Source: Octopus bimaculoides | Lineage: Eukaryota | Reading direction: 5' to 3' | DNA length: 64,000 nucleotides | Assembly: GCF_001194135.2 (NCBI RefSeq) | Contig: NC_068992.1 | Coordinates: forward strand, 33,423,715-33,487,714 | Shown here: positions 36,709 through 51,470 of the stretch, piece by piece | Layout: each line of letters begins with the position of its first letter | Numbering within the stretch: position 1 is the first letter of the stretch | Made by a program: the position numbers and the translations under genes | The notes under the pieces: model-generated | What the model saw: the letters and a program-made list of their open reading frames with translations, nothing else | Database searches by the model: none | What the model was told of the DNA's origin: nothing

Positions 36709-39095
36709 CAGAGAGACAGACACACAAACAGAGAGAAGGGAGAGAAAAAAGAGGGAGAGTGATGTGTGTGCATGTTTGTATGCTTGGATGTATGTATAAA
36801 TGAATATATATATAAACATACACACTTTATATATTACAAACACAGTTACACATTCAGATATCTGGATATGCATATGTAAATAGAAGAGAAAGTACACATG
36901 TTCAGTAGTTATTATTTATTTGAAGTTTTGATTAGACATTGTCATCACTCAGTGTTTTTTGATATACAAAGCAACTGCCAAAGAAAGCTACACATAAATA
37001 GACACACATGTTACAATAGACAAAGAAACAGCAGTTATTTATTAATATTTTTTGTTTAAGATATGTAGAACTATTGTAGTTATCTAGAAACTGAAAATTT
37101 ACTAAATATATTAATGAAACAAAACAATGCAGATACTCTTGGTTTATTGTTGATACTATATTGCCTTTATTTATTATAATAGTCTCATGGATAAACATGC
37201 ATTTACAAATGTGAATGATTACTTAGGGCATTGCACAAAATTTAAATAACTAAATGTGTCTGATAAAATATTGCAATATCTGCTAATGAGGATTTTGATT
37301 TGATAACTATTATTATTATAACATCTCTACAAGTATTACAGATATTTTAATGTTATCTTTTCATTTTATAGGTTTTAAGATCAATGTTTTAAAAAGCCTT
37401 TATAATGATGTGGAGAAGTCTTACTAAATAAATCTAAGGAAATTTAAATTATATTTATTCCTGAGTAAGATACAAAAAAAAATAGGTAACTAAAAGAAAT
37501 TTTTGCCCTTTTTCTGTCTCTAGGTTTTGCTTCAATGATTTGAGTACCACCTTTAAATGGTTTATAAAATTTAATCACTTCCAGGATTTATTTTCATCTG
37601 TTACTACTTATGTATTTATAATTGTCAAATTATAAAAAGACATACCAGAAACAACACTGGTTATTCTGCAGATGCACAGCTAAGCAAATACACACACATC
37701 ATATATACATAAATACACACACAAGCACATACACACACATCAACTGGTTACAAAGTGAGACTCTCTTAGCACATGTTATCAATAACAGACAATAAATTAA
37801 AGTTGTTCGTATTTCAATACGATATTATATAATGCATTAGGATAGTACATGCATTAGAAGAATTGGTACAGACTATCTCATGGTTTTGTTTACAATTCCA
37901 TAAAATGACATTAGCCTATAGTTCCAAGTTGACTTACTCTTTTTTGATTGAAACTGTGAAGACAGAAAAGGTGCTGGATAGACTACAAATTTACATGTGG
38001 GATTGATTATACATATTCTTAAAAGTAGACTTAATCACCTGGTTTAATGCCACCACTTGGGCCTTGGTTGGCTTTGGCAATGACTAATCTGTTGCAAGTA
38101 TTTCAACCAGACCTCTTATCTGAAGAGGGTTCATTTATGGTGTGATGTTTCTATCACACCAAGTTGTGGATTCTTCCATCCTTCTCTTAGTCTCATGTGT
38201 TCTTGAAAATGAATGATTCCTTTCATACCCTGGCTAAGTTTTAATAAATTAGCAAAACAAAACTAAGAGAATAGGTACCAACATTTGGGGGTAATTTATT
38301 AATAACTGATGTGAGCAAAGGATAGATTTAATTTTCCTTGAAGTATGCTTCAGAAAATAGATCTATATGCTAATCTTATAAATTTCTGATTTTCCAGAAT
38401 ACAATGTCAAACAAGATTCTATGGGGTGGTACTTAGCTCATTTTTAGCTCTATCTATGTCATTCTTTGAATACAGTGTCATACTTCAGATTACATGACCA
38501 AGTAATCTGGTACTTATTTTCAAAATTTAGCAGAACAGAGGTATATGGAATTAAGAGGACTTCCCAAATACACCATTGAGAAAATCCACTAGTCATTTTG
38601 AATCTGAAATCATTCAGCTGTAGCAGTTTATCATCATATTCAATGAGCCATTTTATGAACCATTCTGACTTTCAAGGCCTTTTAGTTAAACATCTACATT
38701 GTGAAGCACTAAGTTCTTTTTGTTTTGTTTTTTGTTTTGATTGATCAGCTTTCAGTTATGAAGGCTGTTTAAATATTTATGTAATTTACATAGAGACCTT
38801 TAATGCACATACCAATAAAATTTTCTAAAGTTTCCTTTAACAAACTCATTGCAATCTGAAATATTCATTAATCACTATATTCATAAATTATTTATTTTTA
38901 AAGTCTTAGATTTATTGGGCAACTCCACATAATGTCTCAGTTTTACATAATAATGTTGTTTTGCTTCTCCACATGGCTTCTAGTTGATATAGGAATAATT
39001 GTTGTATAGCACCTGGTCAGGCCTCAGCAATCAGACTAGTGATCAAAGCAACTTCATGCTATCGTTGACCAAACTGTCTTGTATTTAGACACATT

Positions 39096-39355
39096 CTTTC
39101 TTTCTTTGCACCCTTTTAAAGCCTAGCCAGGCTCATGGGCCCAGTTTCCGGGTTTCAATGGCGTATTTGTTCCTCCAGTTGGACGGGACGCCAGTCCATC
39201 GCAGCGTTACTCATTTTTGCCAGCTGAGTGGACTGAAGCAACGTGAAATGAAGTGTTTTGCTCAAGAACACAACGCATCGCCTGGTCCAGCAATTGAAAC
39301 CACAATCTTACAATCATGGTGCTGACACCCTAACCACTAACCCACGCACCTCCAC
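39096..39355 (-). mobile_element. tRNA-derived SINE (Meta/V-SINE-like body) with a 13-bp TSD
   Basis: Minus-strand head GTGGAGGTGCGTGGGTTAGTGGTTAGG; GTTGTGTTCTTGAGCAAAACACTT and GCGATGGACTGGCGTCCCGTCCA; ATTTAGACACATT at 39083-39095 and 39356-39368. Confidence 0.85.
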
Positions 39356-41866
39356 ATTTAGACACATTGGATCTAAGATTTCAATATCTGAAATATCCTT
39401 TTGAAAAATGTAGAGTATTATTAGAGGAGGAATTTTGGTTACTAAGCATAGTGGGATGAGTGACTGCATAGAGGGACTTCCTTATTGGTCTGAAGGAATG
39501 TTATAGTTGATTGCATTGGTTCTAGTTCATTTGAAACAGCAAAAAAGAAAGTTCATCCTAGGAAGATTTGAACTTTAAAACAAGAAGGATGAAAGTAAAT
39601 ACAATAATTCATCGGATTTGATACTATAGACTCTCAACCACCTGCATCACTTTCAGTTCAAGATAAATTATAAAATATGAATTTCAGATTTAGCAGCCAC
39701 TAATGTATTATGGAACATAAATGTGTTCAGATACCTTGGATGAAACAAGTAAGTTATTTGTCATGCTATTTATAGAAAAACTTGAAGGCACTTACCTCTC
39801 GATAAGCATGGTTGCTTGTTTGCATGCATTATGGAATGGACAGTCAAAGAACATTCATATAAATAGAAGTAAGAAATGTTAAAATAGATTTTGGACTAAT
39901 AGCTAAATGTAGATCACGCCATCAATGTTCTATACCAAAACAGTAGAAATCAATCTGACAGTTACAGAATTCAGTGATTCTCATACAAAGCATAGAATTG
40001 AGAAGAACATACTTCAATTGTTACTGCAAAATAGCAATCAGTCAAGTTCATTTAATAAAATGTTTACAAGAAGTCAAATCATGAAATTAAATACTTGCAA
40101 AAAGTTTACATCAAAATAAAAGAAAATACAAGAAATGAAATAATAATAGTAAAGATAACAACAACAACAGTAATGATAATAATAATAGTAATTATAATAA
40201 TGATAGTAATAACCTTTTAAAGGAAATGCATCAGTTGAATATCATTATTCATTGAGGGAAGCATTCATTGTTTTTCTGATGAAGCAAAGCAGGGTTAGGG
40301 TAAAGTATTTCCGAAGCAGTGATGATGTAGGCTAATGAGGGATTGTCAATTAAAGCTAATTACTGTGTGATCTTTTACCGCCAATCCTATTTTATGTTTT
40401 CTTTCCATATATTGTCTTTTTGTGACTCTTAGAAGTAAATGACTGCTGAGTCACTTCCATACTTGTGTTTTTCTTTCATATTTCCTACTTATTAGTGTAA
40501 TGGTAATTAAAAGTTTGAAATAGTTTAGGAAAGTGACTTGGCAAGCATCCTGGAAAAATACTAAGTTGCCTTACACTGAGTGTTCAGTTTTGTCTCTCAA
40601 TAATCTGAGTTCTAAACTGTTCAGTTTCAATTTTCCATATTTTTACCCCAAAATTGGAGAAATGTATACCAGACTATAAACAGAAATTATGCACCCTCAC
40701 CTAAAAATTTGTGGCCTTGTGTGAAGAGGAAATCAAAATTAATTAAATAACTATGAAAGCTGGTATCAATGATAGAGTGATTGACTAAATGTATAGCAAT
40801 ATTTACTTCCATCACCTCTAAATCCTGAGATCAAGTACTGCTAGTGTCAGCAGTGCTTTCATCACTGTTAATAAAATAATTACTACTAATATATCAGAGA
40901 CAATTTCAAAATCGGTTTCTTGCCAAGTCAAAAGTAATTAGTGCATATATCATATAAATATAGGCCATAATATAGAGAAGGAGATGAAATAAATTGCTAA
41001 GAAAATTTGCGAGCCAATTTTAATTCCCAGTGGAAGCCATTTTGCTTCACTTATAACTTTATTGCTCTTGTGAATACCACACAGTATTATTTCTCTTAAA
41101 GAAATCCGGATTAATCAAATAACTGCAAGCATTGTAGAGAAAGAAGTAAGCGCACAGTAAGATAAAATTGTGATACATTTTGCATTTTTGGTTTGAAGCC
41201 ATTTCATTTCCTTTATACTATTGTAAGAAAGGTGTAAACATTACAGTTTGCATATCCTCTTCCCCTCTGCATAGAAATGTAGGGCCTCACTGCTTAGTTA
41301 AAATAAATCAATATTGATTAAAGAATTTTAAATATTCAATAATATTAGGCATTCACTGTTTCAAGAATTAATGTTTTTTTTTTAATTTTAGTGTATTTCT
41401 GTGTAGGAGTTGGATTTAGATAAAAATTAAACGAACTGTAATTTCATTTCCATTATCAAATGAAAGTGAACTTTATGATATCTGCATTGTCAACTTTCAT
41501 ACATTTCTAGTACAATGTATTGAGTGACTCTTGGTAACACATTAAACATTTCTTTTTGCATAATATCTCACTATCATCAAATTATTTCTTTCTTATTGTT
41601 TAGTTCATTTCAATTTACAGAGATACTATTTAGTTCTTTTTGTATGAGTTCTGCTCTATTTATTGACATATTAGAGCTGTGATTTGTTTACTGTCATATA
41701 CTGTTTCTTCTAACTTCACAATCTGAATGCAAAGTCTTTCTTCTACACATCTGAGTTTCAAAATTCCCTGTTTAAAAATAAAATTGTAACTTTGCAAAGT
41801 TAGTAATCAGTCTCAAATACCACCAAAGATAGAGTATAATTTCTTCTCTGATAGTTTTACATTTAA

Positions 41867-42086
41867 CCCTTTAGAATTTAAACTGGCCTTATCAAGTTCA
41901 AATATTCTACTTGTTTTACGTTCAAAATACCAAGACTGGCCTCTCACACCTATCCTACAATGTCATTCTAAAAATAAACAATCACATCATCAAAATTCGT
42001 AAAGCTACAAGATAATGCATGATTAATTTAAAACAATATGAATAAAGAAGCATTACATTTGACAGATTTGTCTAAATGTTAAAGGT
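41867..42086 (+). mobile_element. piggyBac-like MITE, degenerate
   Basis: TTAA|CCCTTTAGAATT left end; AATGTTAAAGGT imperfect right end; right TTAA not preserved. Confidence 0.5.
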
Positions 42087-42328
42087 ACAAATTTGTTTAT
42101 ATTTATAAATTATTCAAAAATTATTCTCTATGAATCAGAGAGTTAACTTTTATAAAGTTTGAAGTAATTAGTTAATAAATTTATAAATACACACAAATAT
42201 GCCCACAGACACATGCACACACAGAATATATATATAAAGTGGTTGACATTAGGAGAGATGTTCACTTGTTTCACTCATTAGACTGCAGCCATGTTGGGGC
42301 ACTGCCTTGACTATATAAATATGTATAC

Positions 42329-42898
42329 AAGGCCTCTGCCAGGAGTGTAGCCAGCCCACTTATGTGTACCTTCCTCATTGGACACTAAACTACGCTTGCG
42401 AAGACCTGTTGAGGCAAGTGAAATCGAAATCGTACTAAATTTGATGACTGGCACCCATGCCAACGTCATCTCCTTCATTGGACACTAAACTCACCTTGCG
42501 AAGACCTGTTGGGGCAAGTGAAAGCGAAAAAGTGAAATTGTGATGGCACTTGTGCCCAGCGTCGCTTTCCTGGCACTTTTGCCAGTGGCACGTGTAAAGA
42601 CATTCGAGCGAGATCGTTGCCAGTGCTGCTGGACTGGCTCCTGTGCAGGTGGCACATAATATACACCATTTTGAGCAAGGCTATTGCCAGTACCACCTGA
42701 CTGGCCTCCGTGCTGGTGGCACGTAAAAGCACCCACTACACTCTCGGAGTGGTTGGTGTTAGGAAGGGCATCCAGCTGTAGAAACTCTGCCAAATCAGAT
42801 TGGAGCCTGGTGTAGCTATCTGGTTCACCAGTCCTCAGTCAAATTGTCCAGCCCATGCGAGCATGGAAAGCGGACATTAAACGATGATGATGATGATA
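42329..42898 (+). mobile_element. RTE 3'UTR-only copy
   Basis: AAGGCCTCTGCCAGG..GTAGCCAGCCCACT through GGAAAGCGGACATTAAACGATGAT, as in 31559-31998. Confidence 0.9.
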
Positions 42899-42907
42899 TA
42901 TATATAA

Positions 42908-43060
42908 TCATCATCATCGTTTAACGTCCATTTTCCATGGATGCATGGGTAAGGCGGTTGACAGGAACCAGCCAGGTAGAAAAACTACTCTAGACTACTA
43001 TGTCTGATTTGGCAGGGATTTTATGGCTGAATGCCCTTCCTAACACCAGCCACTACACTT
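42908..43060 (-). repeat. RTE-type tail fragment, tail-to-tail with the preceding copy
   Basis: CATCATCATCGTTTAACGTCCA..GCCCTTCCTAACACCAGCCACT. Confidence 0.75.
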
Positions 43061-43134
43061 TGACAATATATAAATACATGGCAGTATACAATGTACGCAN
43101 NNNNNNNNNATATATATATATATATATATATAAG

Positions 43135-43420
43135 GTATGGATTTCTCAATTACTTTCCATTTAATCACATGTGGTGTTTCATTATCTTTTGAAGTCCATA
43201 TGTAGCTAGCCAACTGAGTAGTTTTACTTTTGTCCCTATGTTGGGAGGAGGCTATGTGATTAACATAGCGATTTTTAAATTCTCCTTCACTTAATCCAAT
43301 ATAGGTCTTCCCCTCAGTTGTATTATCATTTAGGGTTGCAGTAACTTCTGCCTCATATATGGTCAAGTGGACAGGATACTGACCATCGTTGGTCAAGTGG
43401 ACAGGATCCTGGGTTGTGAC
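43135..43420 (-). pseudogene. Penelope-like GIY-YIG endonuclease fragment
   Basis: IYEAEV..KTYIGLSEGEFKNRYVNH..TQLASYIWTSKDNETPHVIKWKVIEKSIPY. Confidence 0.85.
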
Positions 43421-43589
43421 AGTTGCAATTGGATTCAGGTTCTTGGTATTGACCACATGTAATGATATTCTTCATACTGGGGCAGCAGCTACATGATAAT
43501 TTCCTAGAATGCCTATTAAATATTTTCCTGTATCTGTGAGTTGCTGGAAAGTGTTTGACTAAGAGTGACAGGAATCTTTTACCAATGTT

Positions 43590-45010
43590 AGTTTTCCCTC
43601 AATATAAAAACTCTGCTGTCTGTTTTGACATGGTTTCTATGGCTGGCTGACCATCCCAACACCAACGACTTTACAGAATGAAATGGGTGCTTTTCATGTG
43701 TCACCTTTTCATATGTCACCTTGGTGAGGTCACCAAGTAACTTGCTGGACAAGACTCCACAACTGAGGTAGGGAACGACATTGAGAGAAATAAAGGTGTT
43801 TTGCATTAGAAGAGAGGCAAAACTTCCTTAGATGGAAAAAAGAGAGAGAGGAGAGAAAGATGGTGAAGATGTGACAGAGTTGAGGCAAGGGCCATACATC
43901 CAAGTTAAGGGGTGGTGTATACAGTGAAATAGACTGGGTATTAGATTTGGTTGGTAGGTGGATCAATTCACAAGATTTCAAAAGGAGAATGGGAGCTAGA
44001 TGTGGGGAGGAGGGATGGGATTTAACAGGGACTTATTTTGTGCAGACAGGTAGATGGACGTGTGAGAGGAAATGAAGGGGAGGGGAAAAACTGTGGTAGT
44101 GAGCATGAGTGGATTGCGAGAGAAGGAGGGATACATGGACATGGATTTTACTTTATTGGTCTAGCCTTCTCAAGCACAGCATATCACCAGTTGTCTTGAT
44201 CCTTTGCTCTCTCCTCTGTGAAGCTCAACATCTGAAGATCATTTCTTCTCATTTCATCCCATGTCTTCCTGAGCCTTTCTCTTTCACAGGTTCCCTCCAC
44301 ATTTAGAAATTGGTGTTTCTTTATACAACTATTCTAGTCCACATGCATCACCTACCATACCAGCACAGTCTTCTCTCTTGCGCACTAAAACTTATGCCCC
44401 TTATAACCAATTCCCCTCTCAAAACATTTACACTTTATCATATATACACTGACATTGTATATCCAGCTGAGCATGCCAGCTTCATTTCTTACAAGCCTTT
44501 ATATGTCCTCTGTAGTCACAGCCCATGTTTTGCTGCTATCTAGCGTAGCATCTGTACACATACATTATACTGTCTACCTCTCAGTCTGAAAAAGATGCCC
44601 TTTGTGACCAACAAAGGTAACAGCTCTCTGAACTTTGCCCAGCCAGTTCTTATTCTGGTAACTATGCTCTCAGAGCAACCTCCACTGCTGCTAATTTGGT
44701 CACTTAGTAAGTAAAACCTATCTACTGCCTCTAAGGGTCCCACTGGACATTTGTGCAAATCTATTTCCTGTACATTCTTAGTGAGTATTATACTTGCTCA
44801 TCTACCACACACAAAGACTACTTTCTCTGTTAAACTTCTTTTGATTCCATTGCACTTCTTATGTGTCCATAGCTTGCATTGGGTACAGTGTATGGAATTT
44901 CTGCTTACACCTTTACTACACATCAAGCAGGACTCTGAAGGGATTAGTAATGTGTCTGCTTTCTTGCTTAATAGAAATTCCTTTTACTCTTAGATTCCAG
45001 TACTTCCTCC
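43590..45010 (-). mobile_element. Old RTE LINE with long 3'UTR
   Basis: LEAVDRFYLLSDQISSSGGCSESIVTRIRTGWAKFRELLPLL; tail-like sequence at 43600-43700. Confidence 0.75.
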
Positions 45011-45399
45011 CATACTTCCACATCTGAAATTTCTCTATCATCAAATCTTTTTTTTTCTTTAAGTGAACTCCTACCTGCATAATAAATTTGTCATTTATAT
45101 TCAATGCTAACTTCCAACTCACTGACAGCATCCCTGTACATGCTTGGATGGCTCTCACCTGCCACTCATCTACCTCTAGCTTCTACATTAAGCACCAGAT
45201 GAGTGAGTGGGGGATTCTGTCAAAAGATTTCTACATGTCTGCAAAAGTCAAATACATTGGTTTATTTTTTGCTAGATGCTTTTCCTGCAGTTTCCTTACT
45301 AAGAAGATTTGCCCCTCTGGACAAATTCTGTTGTAAGACTCAGCATTTTGAGATCAGCCTTCAATACTTTGTCTATATCTTCCTAGATCTGCCTCTCCA

Positions 45400-45735
45400 C
45401 AACTTCTTTCCAGTTTAAGTGATTGGCACTTCTTTATGTAACCGTCCTCATCCATACACATCACATGACCAAATCAGCACAGTTTCCTCTCTTGCACACT
45501 GCATTTAATTTCTCTTCTCTCAATATACTTGCATTCTATCAAACATGTACTCTGACATTGTACATCCAGTAGAGCATACAAGATTTATATCTCTCGAAAT
45601 TTCACATGTCTTCAGCATTCAGTGTTGATGTCTCACTATCATGTAGCATTGTAGCTTGTACTCATGTATCATACAGTCTTATCTTCATTCTGAGAGAGAG
45701 ACTTTTTGTTGCCAATGGAAGCAAAAATTCTCTGA
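45400..45735 (-). mobile_element. Old RTE ORF2 C-terminal fragment
   Basis: CCTCATCCATACAC..TCTCTTGCACAC..CATGTAGCAT..CTGAGAGAGAG matches the corresponding segment of other RTE copies. Confidence 0.7.
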
Positions 45736-46139
45736 AAAATGATATAAAAATATGAGTCAAGTTGCATCTTTTTACTTAGAAATCTAACTTAGCCATGTGG
45801 TAGAATTCAGTGCAATAAGTATTGGATTAAAATGATTGACTAAATCTCTTGAAAACGTGCTACAGCATTGCAAGGAACCATTGCCTGGAACCAGTAAAAG
45901 AATATGTGAATTTAAAAGAATGCCAATACGTATCAGATATTTTAAAAGATATAAAGCGAAGCTGTGGTACTTATGCCTTGTTGAAAGAGCATTATCAACA
46001 TTATGCAAGTGGTTTAAATCCAGAATGAAACATAGGCTATTTGGAAGTACAGTTGTATCATAAGGAAACAATATATTTTCCAACTAATACTGTAAAAGTA
46101 TTATTTTGTTGGAGTTAATTTTTGTACTCTCATGTTCAC

Positions 46140-46214
46140 TTAAATGTACACACACAAACATACAAAGACACATACCTATATGCATATATGCTCACATACA
46201 CATACACACACACT

Positions 46215-46255
<41 letters not shown>

Positions 46256-46519
46256 GCATATTTATATTTATATTGTATACTATATACATGCACACACACA
46301 TACACACACACATATATATATATAACGAGCGAGAAAAAGAGAGTTGGGTGAGTGATATCCTTTATTCTTTATTTGTTTTGCAATACTGTTGATGTGAATT
46401 GGTACTGAAACAAATGTTTTTTGTTGTATAGCAGGGGGTCATTTTAACCCTTCTTTCATACAACACTCACACATACACACATTTATAGGTATATGTGTGT
46501 ATACATATGCATATATATA

Positions 46520-46580
<61 letters not shown>

Positions 46581-46880
46581 TCATCATCATCATCATATAT
46601 ATATGTATATACATGTATAGTAATATATATAGATAGATGTACATGTATATATATATACACACATGTATATATATATTCATACAAATGTATATGTGTGTGT
46701 ATGTGTGTGTGTATGTATATACATATATATATATAGATATAGATATATATACATACACACATACATACACATATACATGCGTATATGTGTGTGTATCTGT
46801 ATGTATGTATGTATGTATGTATGCATGTAAGTAGGTATGTATAAGTGCGTGTTTATATGTATATGGTTACACATATGTGT
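46140..46880. repeat. Compound (CA)/(TA)/(TATG) microsatellite field
   Basis: Visible directly. Confidence 0.9.
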
Positions 46881-48839
46881 ATTTTTCTGTCTACATTTCT
46901 GGTCTCTTTGTGTATGTATATATTTGAATTAAAAAGGTAAATATTGCATAAAAAAAACATTGTCATCGAATCATATATCAATATATTGACAAAGAAATGC
47001 TGCTTGCAGACCAGAAGAATACATTAATAATATATTAATGACCATATGTAAATTCATGTTATGAAGCCAATCTTTTTTTGTTTTTGTTTGTTTGTATGAA
47101 TGCTTTGCAAAAACCCCACTGAACATGAATTAATAACAGACTACCTAGAATGTTTTATCTTTATTAATATATTTCAGTATATTTATTTTTTCACTATTTG
47201 AAAGGAAGCCGATTGTCTAGATGCTGTTGTTTTATTAAAACTATGGGAAAAAAGCAACTTACACTTATGTTTTGCTTATAAGATGTTTTAAGTTACAGCA
47301 ACATATGCACAACGTATTCATGTAAAGAATGGAATCATTTGTGTCTGTCTCATTCCTCCAATCTAAAATAGTAAAGTGGGTACTGGACTAGATTTCTTGA
47401 TATGGTACACCAAGAAATTTCAGTTCAATGAAATTACATTCAAAATGCAACGAAGAATGAATTTGAACTTTTGCATTGCAGTGCTATTAACTCCAAACAT
47501 ATTTCAGTCATATTACACCTCATCAGTATAACAAAGTCTAAAATCATACAACGATCCAGTGTCTCTTTATTTACTAGACTTTTCTTCCATTTTCTTCCAA
47601 CTTCCACCCAGCAGTATTTTGCGCCATTTTTCAATAGTTAGCTATAAATACTGTGTCATCCATCCTGAAAAAAGGGGATTTGGTTCCAGTCAGTCAGCTG
47701 GCAGTTAGCAGAAGACTTCAGTGACAGTATAACTAGTTTCATGTGGGACTTTGAAAGGACACTACCTCAGATGGCATTACTTCAAAATGATCTGCTGTGT
47801 TATTTCACCGACTTAATGCTGTAAACTTCGGGATTACATTAAGCCTATACAGCGAATCCCATTATTCTCTATGGACAGAACCTGCCTGTTTAAACTTCTT
47901 ACTACCTTTTATCACAGTATGCTTCTATCCATTTGCATAATAGTAAGTCCAACAGCCTTCCTTGACTCCTATATACAACAATTCTCTGCACTCATTCCAA
48001 CCCAAATAAATTATGATGTTTGCTCTAATATAGCCTTCTGATGTATTTTCTCAATGCCTCACAGATGCAACTTGTTCCATTAACTTTCCACATTGTATAT
48101 TTATTTGATAACATGCTAAAATTGGTAACACTTTACTCAAGTTATACTCTTACATAGTTTTATTCGAACACAGAAACAAGTCTGTTACAAACTCATGACT
48201 TGCATAACTTTCTTATACATTTTTCCATAACTTGTGGGAAATTATCATTGTTATACATCTATTTTATGTTTGCTGTTGTTTCTTTTTGTCAGTATTAAAG
48301 AAGCCAAAGTTAGTTTTGTGATTTAAATGTTTAAATTTCATTTCAAAGCTATCTCCCAATGCAATGTTTTAATCTGTTTTCTTAGTAAATGTTTATGTTC
48401 GGTTAGGTTCCCATAAGATAATTTGGCAGTCATATCTAGATTAGAAATGTAAATGAAAAAATTAGCATATGCTTTCCATGCTGGAATAACTTCATGATAA
48501 ATAAGATAAAATAAGCACGAAAGCTAGCTAAATCAAAGTTTATTTGATACAAATAGAAAGCAGCAGAAATTACATCTAACCGACATCTTGACCATTAATA
48601 GTAAATAACACGAAACAGGAAAAGGATAGAAAATAAAGATTTAGTTTATCAATCTCACAGGAAATTAACCATATAAAAGCTTTGTTACTATGAAATTTAG
48701 AGTGTGTATGAGCTTTACAGTTTTGGCAGTACATATACTACCATACACACACACACGCACATTATATATGTGTGTGTGTGTATGTATGCATATGCATGTA
48801 TATATGTATGTGTGTGTAGTTACATATATACAGACACAC

Positions 48840-48884
<45 letters not shown>

Positions 48885-48939
48885 ATATACATACATTGTG
48901 TGTGTGCATTTTGGTTTTTAATTTCATTGTTTTACGTAT

Positions 48940-49260
48940 ATCAATCAATGGACTTTAGTCATGTTCCTGATTTTTCTTGAACAGTTTAGTCAACTGAATC
49001 ACATCAATACTTATCTTGATATATTCTATTTGTCTTCTTTTGGCCAAAATACCAAGCAAGAGGAATGTAAGCTAAACAATACCAGCTGTCAAGTGGTGAG
49101 TGACAAACACTAGAACAAATGTAAAAAATAACACACACACACACACACAACTCTTATACATATGTGATTGGATTCTATACAGTTTCCTGTATTAAGCTCA
49201 CTTACAAAATATTGGCTGGCCTTGGGCTAGCTAATGCCTTGCACAGTGTGACAGAAGACA
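48940..49260 (-). repeat. Degenerate CORE-like SINE
   Basis: ACCAGCTGTCAAGTGG..ACAAACAC..(CA)n..CAGTTTCC..TTGGCTGGCC..TTGCACAGTG resembles 25918-26340. Confidence 0.55.
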
Positions 49261-50039
49261 AAATCACAATGTTTAAATGGTTTTGAATTGATCTTCTTAA
49301 TCACACAGTGTTGATAAGTACAATGTTGATAACCACCACAATGTTGATAAGTAAAATATAGCAATCATTCACAAAGTGAGGGACTGTTAGAAGGAGTGAT
49401 TAAGTGGAAGAAGGGAAGAAAGCAATGCAAGGCTGTATGCAAAGTGATTGAAAGTTAGGTGTGGTGAGATTTACAACTCTAAGGCTCAACTGAATAGCAG
49501 GTGGCTGGAGTAATTTAATTTTGTGATATGATTGGCATCATAAATATTTTTAATGCAGTCCTCTTCAACAACCACAGCACTACTTACAGAAAACTAGATA
49601 AACTAAATAATACAATAAATAAACATTTATCAACAATGGTTATACAAATAAGCTGTATAACAGTACAGAAACAAATACAATGCAATAAATACATCAGACA
49701 CTTCACCTATTAAGAAGATGCATGAATCACATGCATGCTGATTATAAGATAGAACACCTTATCCAATAACTCATAAAACAAAGCACAAAATTCATTGCCA
49801 TGCCATAAACGAAAATTATAAGCATGCACTTGTTGCAACAGTAACAATCTTGTGAACTTGAAAAGAAGATACAAATGAGCAACATAACAGGAACTGCAAA
49901 AGTTTGCAACTCCTATATTGACCACATGAATGACACTTTCCCACAGCACTTACAAGATACCACAATCATCATGTATTACATAACATAAAACCAAGCAAAA
50001 TTAGAAAATGCCCATAAAAACATAACTCTCATCTACAGA

Positions 50040-50108
<69 letters not shown>

Positions 50109-50919
50109 ATATGCACGCACACAAATTTACAAAAAGAAGCCAATCCAGATTAAGTCAAAGAGGCAAATCATGTAGCAGACCACAATATTGAAACAAACAC
50201 ACAAATAACATATTTTTGTAAAATAAATAAAGAATAAAATAAAACAAAAAGCACAATTAATAAAGTATAACACTAAAGGCCAAGAAATATTCCAACATTG
50301 GCAATGGTGTCAAAAATAATCCCATTGTCTCTGCTTAACAAGTAAGAACAATACAAGCCAATGTTATCCTCCTCCTTCTGAGGATGAGACCATGAATGTC
50401 TAGAAGCAGTGATGACAGATTTCTAGGACAAGCAAATTCTACAGTACGCTACAGAAAGTGCAGTAATTAATAAAAATGAATTGTCAAATGCAATAGCTCT
50501 TTTTTATGACATCAGACTCTTTATGGCAATTCATCTCAATATCAAACATATATAGCAATATGCATAATACAAGATATTACTAATACAACTAATATATTCA
50601 TGCATATATGTATTCTGATTTTCATGTTTTATTTTTGTATTTTTCACAATTCTATAATTTTACAATGTTACATATTACAAGAAAAGTACTTTCCTACTTT
50701 CTGCAATGCTTAGGTTTATATAGCAGCAGTATTAACTGACAGTTATGTTTCACAGTTGATAACCGTAGTGGAATACTTGAATTTGTCCTTTAAGTACTTT
50801 CTAGTATGCTCCAGCAAGCTGTATCTTTCATTCAACTAAAAGGAAGAAATATTTATTCACCTAGACCAATACATAGATAACCTTTACAAATTTCCACTTA
50901 GGCATAATAGAAGTGCCAG

Positions 50920-51470
50920 ACCAAATATTACCAAATCAGAGAAGTTTGCACTTAAACATCTCAAAACTGATAACACAACAGTCATCAAACTAGCAGACAA
51001 AGTGGGTGCCATTGTCATAATGGGAGCCACATATTACCAGGACTTAGCTGAGAATAAATCGAAGGATACAGCATTTTACATTTTACAGATTCCTGCATCA
51101 TGAAAAAGCTCAATAACTTGGTTTCAGAATACATCTCCCTTACCACGAGTGAAAGAGACAACATTTTACCAATTTTGAACCTAAAGCAAGCAAATTTTAT
51201 GGCATACCAAAAATATATACAAGTGATGGTAATTAAAAATGACACCACTATCATCACTGATATATATTATAAAGACACAGATATTCAACAGTGCCTGAAC
51301 TTTAACTCATGCCATCCAATACATACAAAATGGAATATCCAATAATGTCTAGCCAGAATAATTTTTACCATTGTTGATAATGGAGACATTAGAGACAGAT
51401 GTCTCACAAAACATAGGATTTCTACTCAAACGAAATCACTCACCTCTACTTATTGAAAATGGTACAGTGT
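50920..51470 (+). mobile_element. Penelope-like element, 5' part (RT core deleted)
   Basis: NITKSEKFALKHLK..VIKLADKVGAIVIM..TAFY; VMVIKNDTTIITDIYYKDTD..LNFNSCHPIHTK..LARIIFTIV. Confidence 0.8.

Noticed and set aside
41100-41143. Candidate 44-nt plus-strand exon (IRINQITASIVEKE); similar short candidates near 37940, 39800, 54000 and 59560
   Set aside because: AG..GT-bounded short open frames are expected by chance; no coherent gene model.
45784-46083. Region with three overlapping open frames (e.g. NHCLEPVKEYVNLKECQYVSDILKDIK)
   Set aside because: No recognisable homology and no convincing splice-site pair; cannot be supported without a search.
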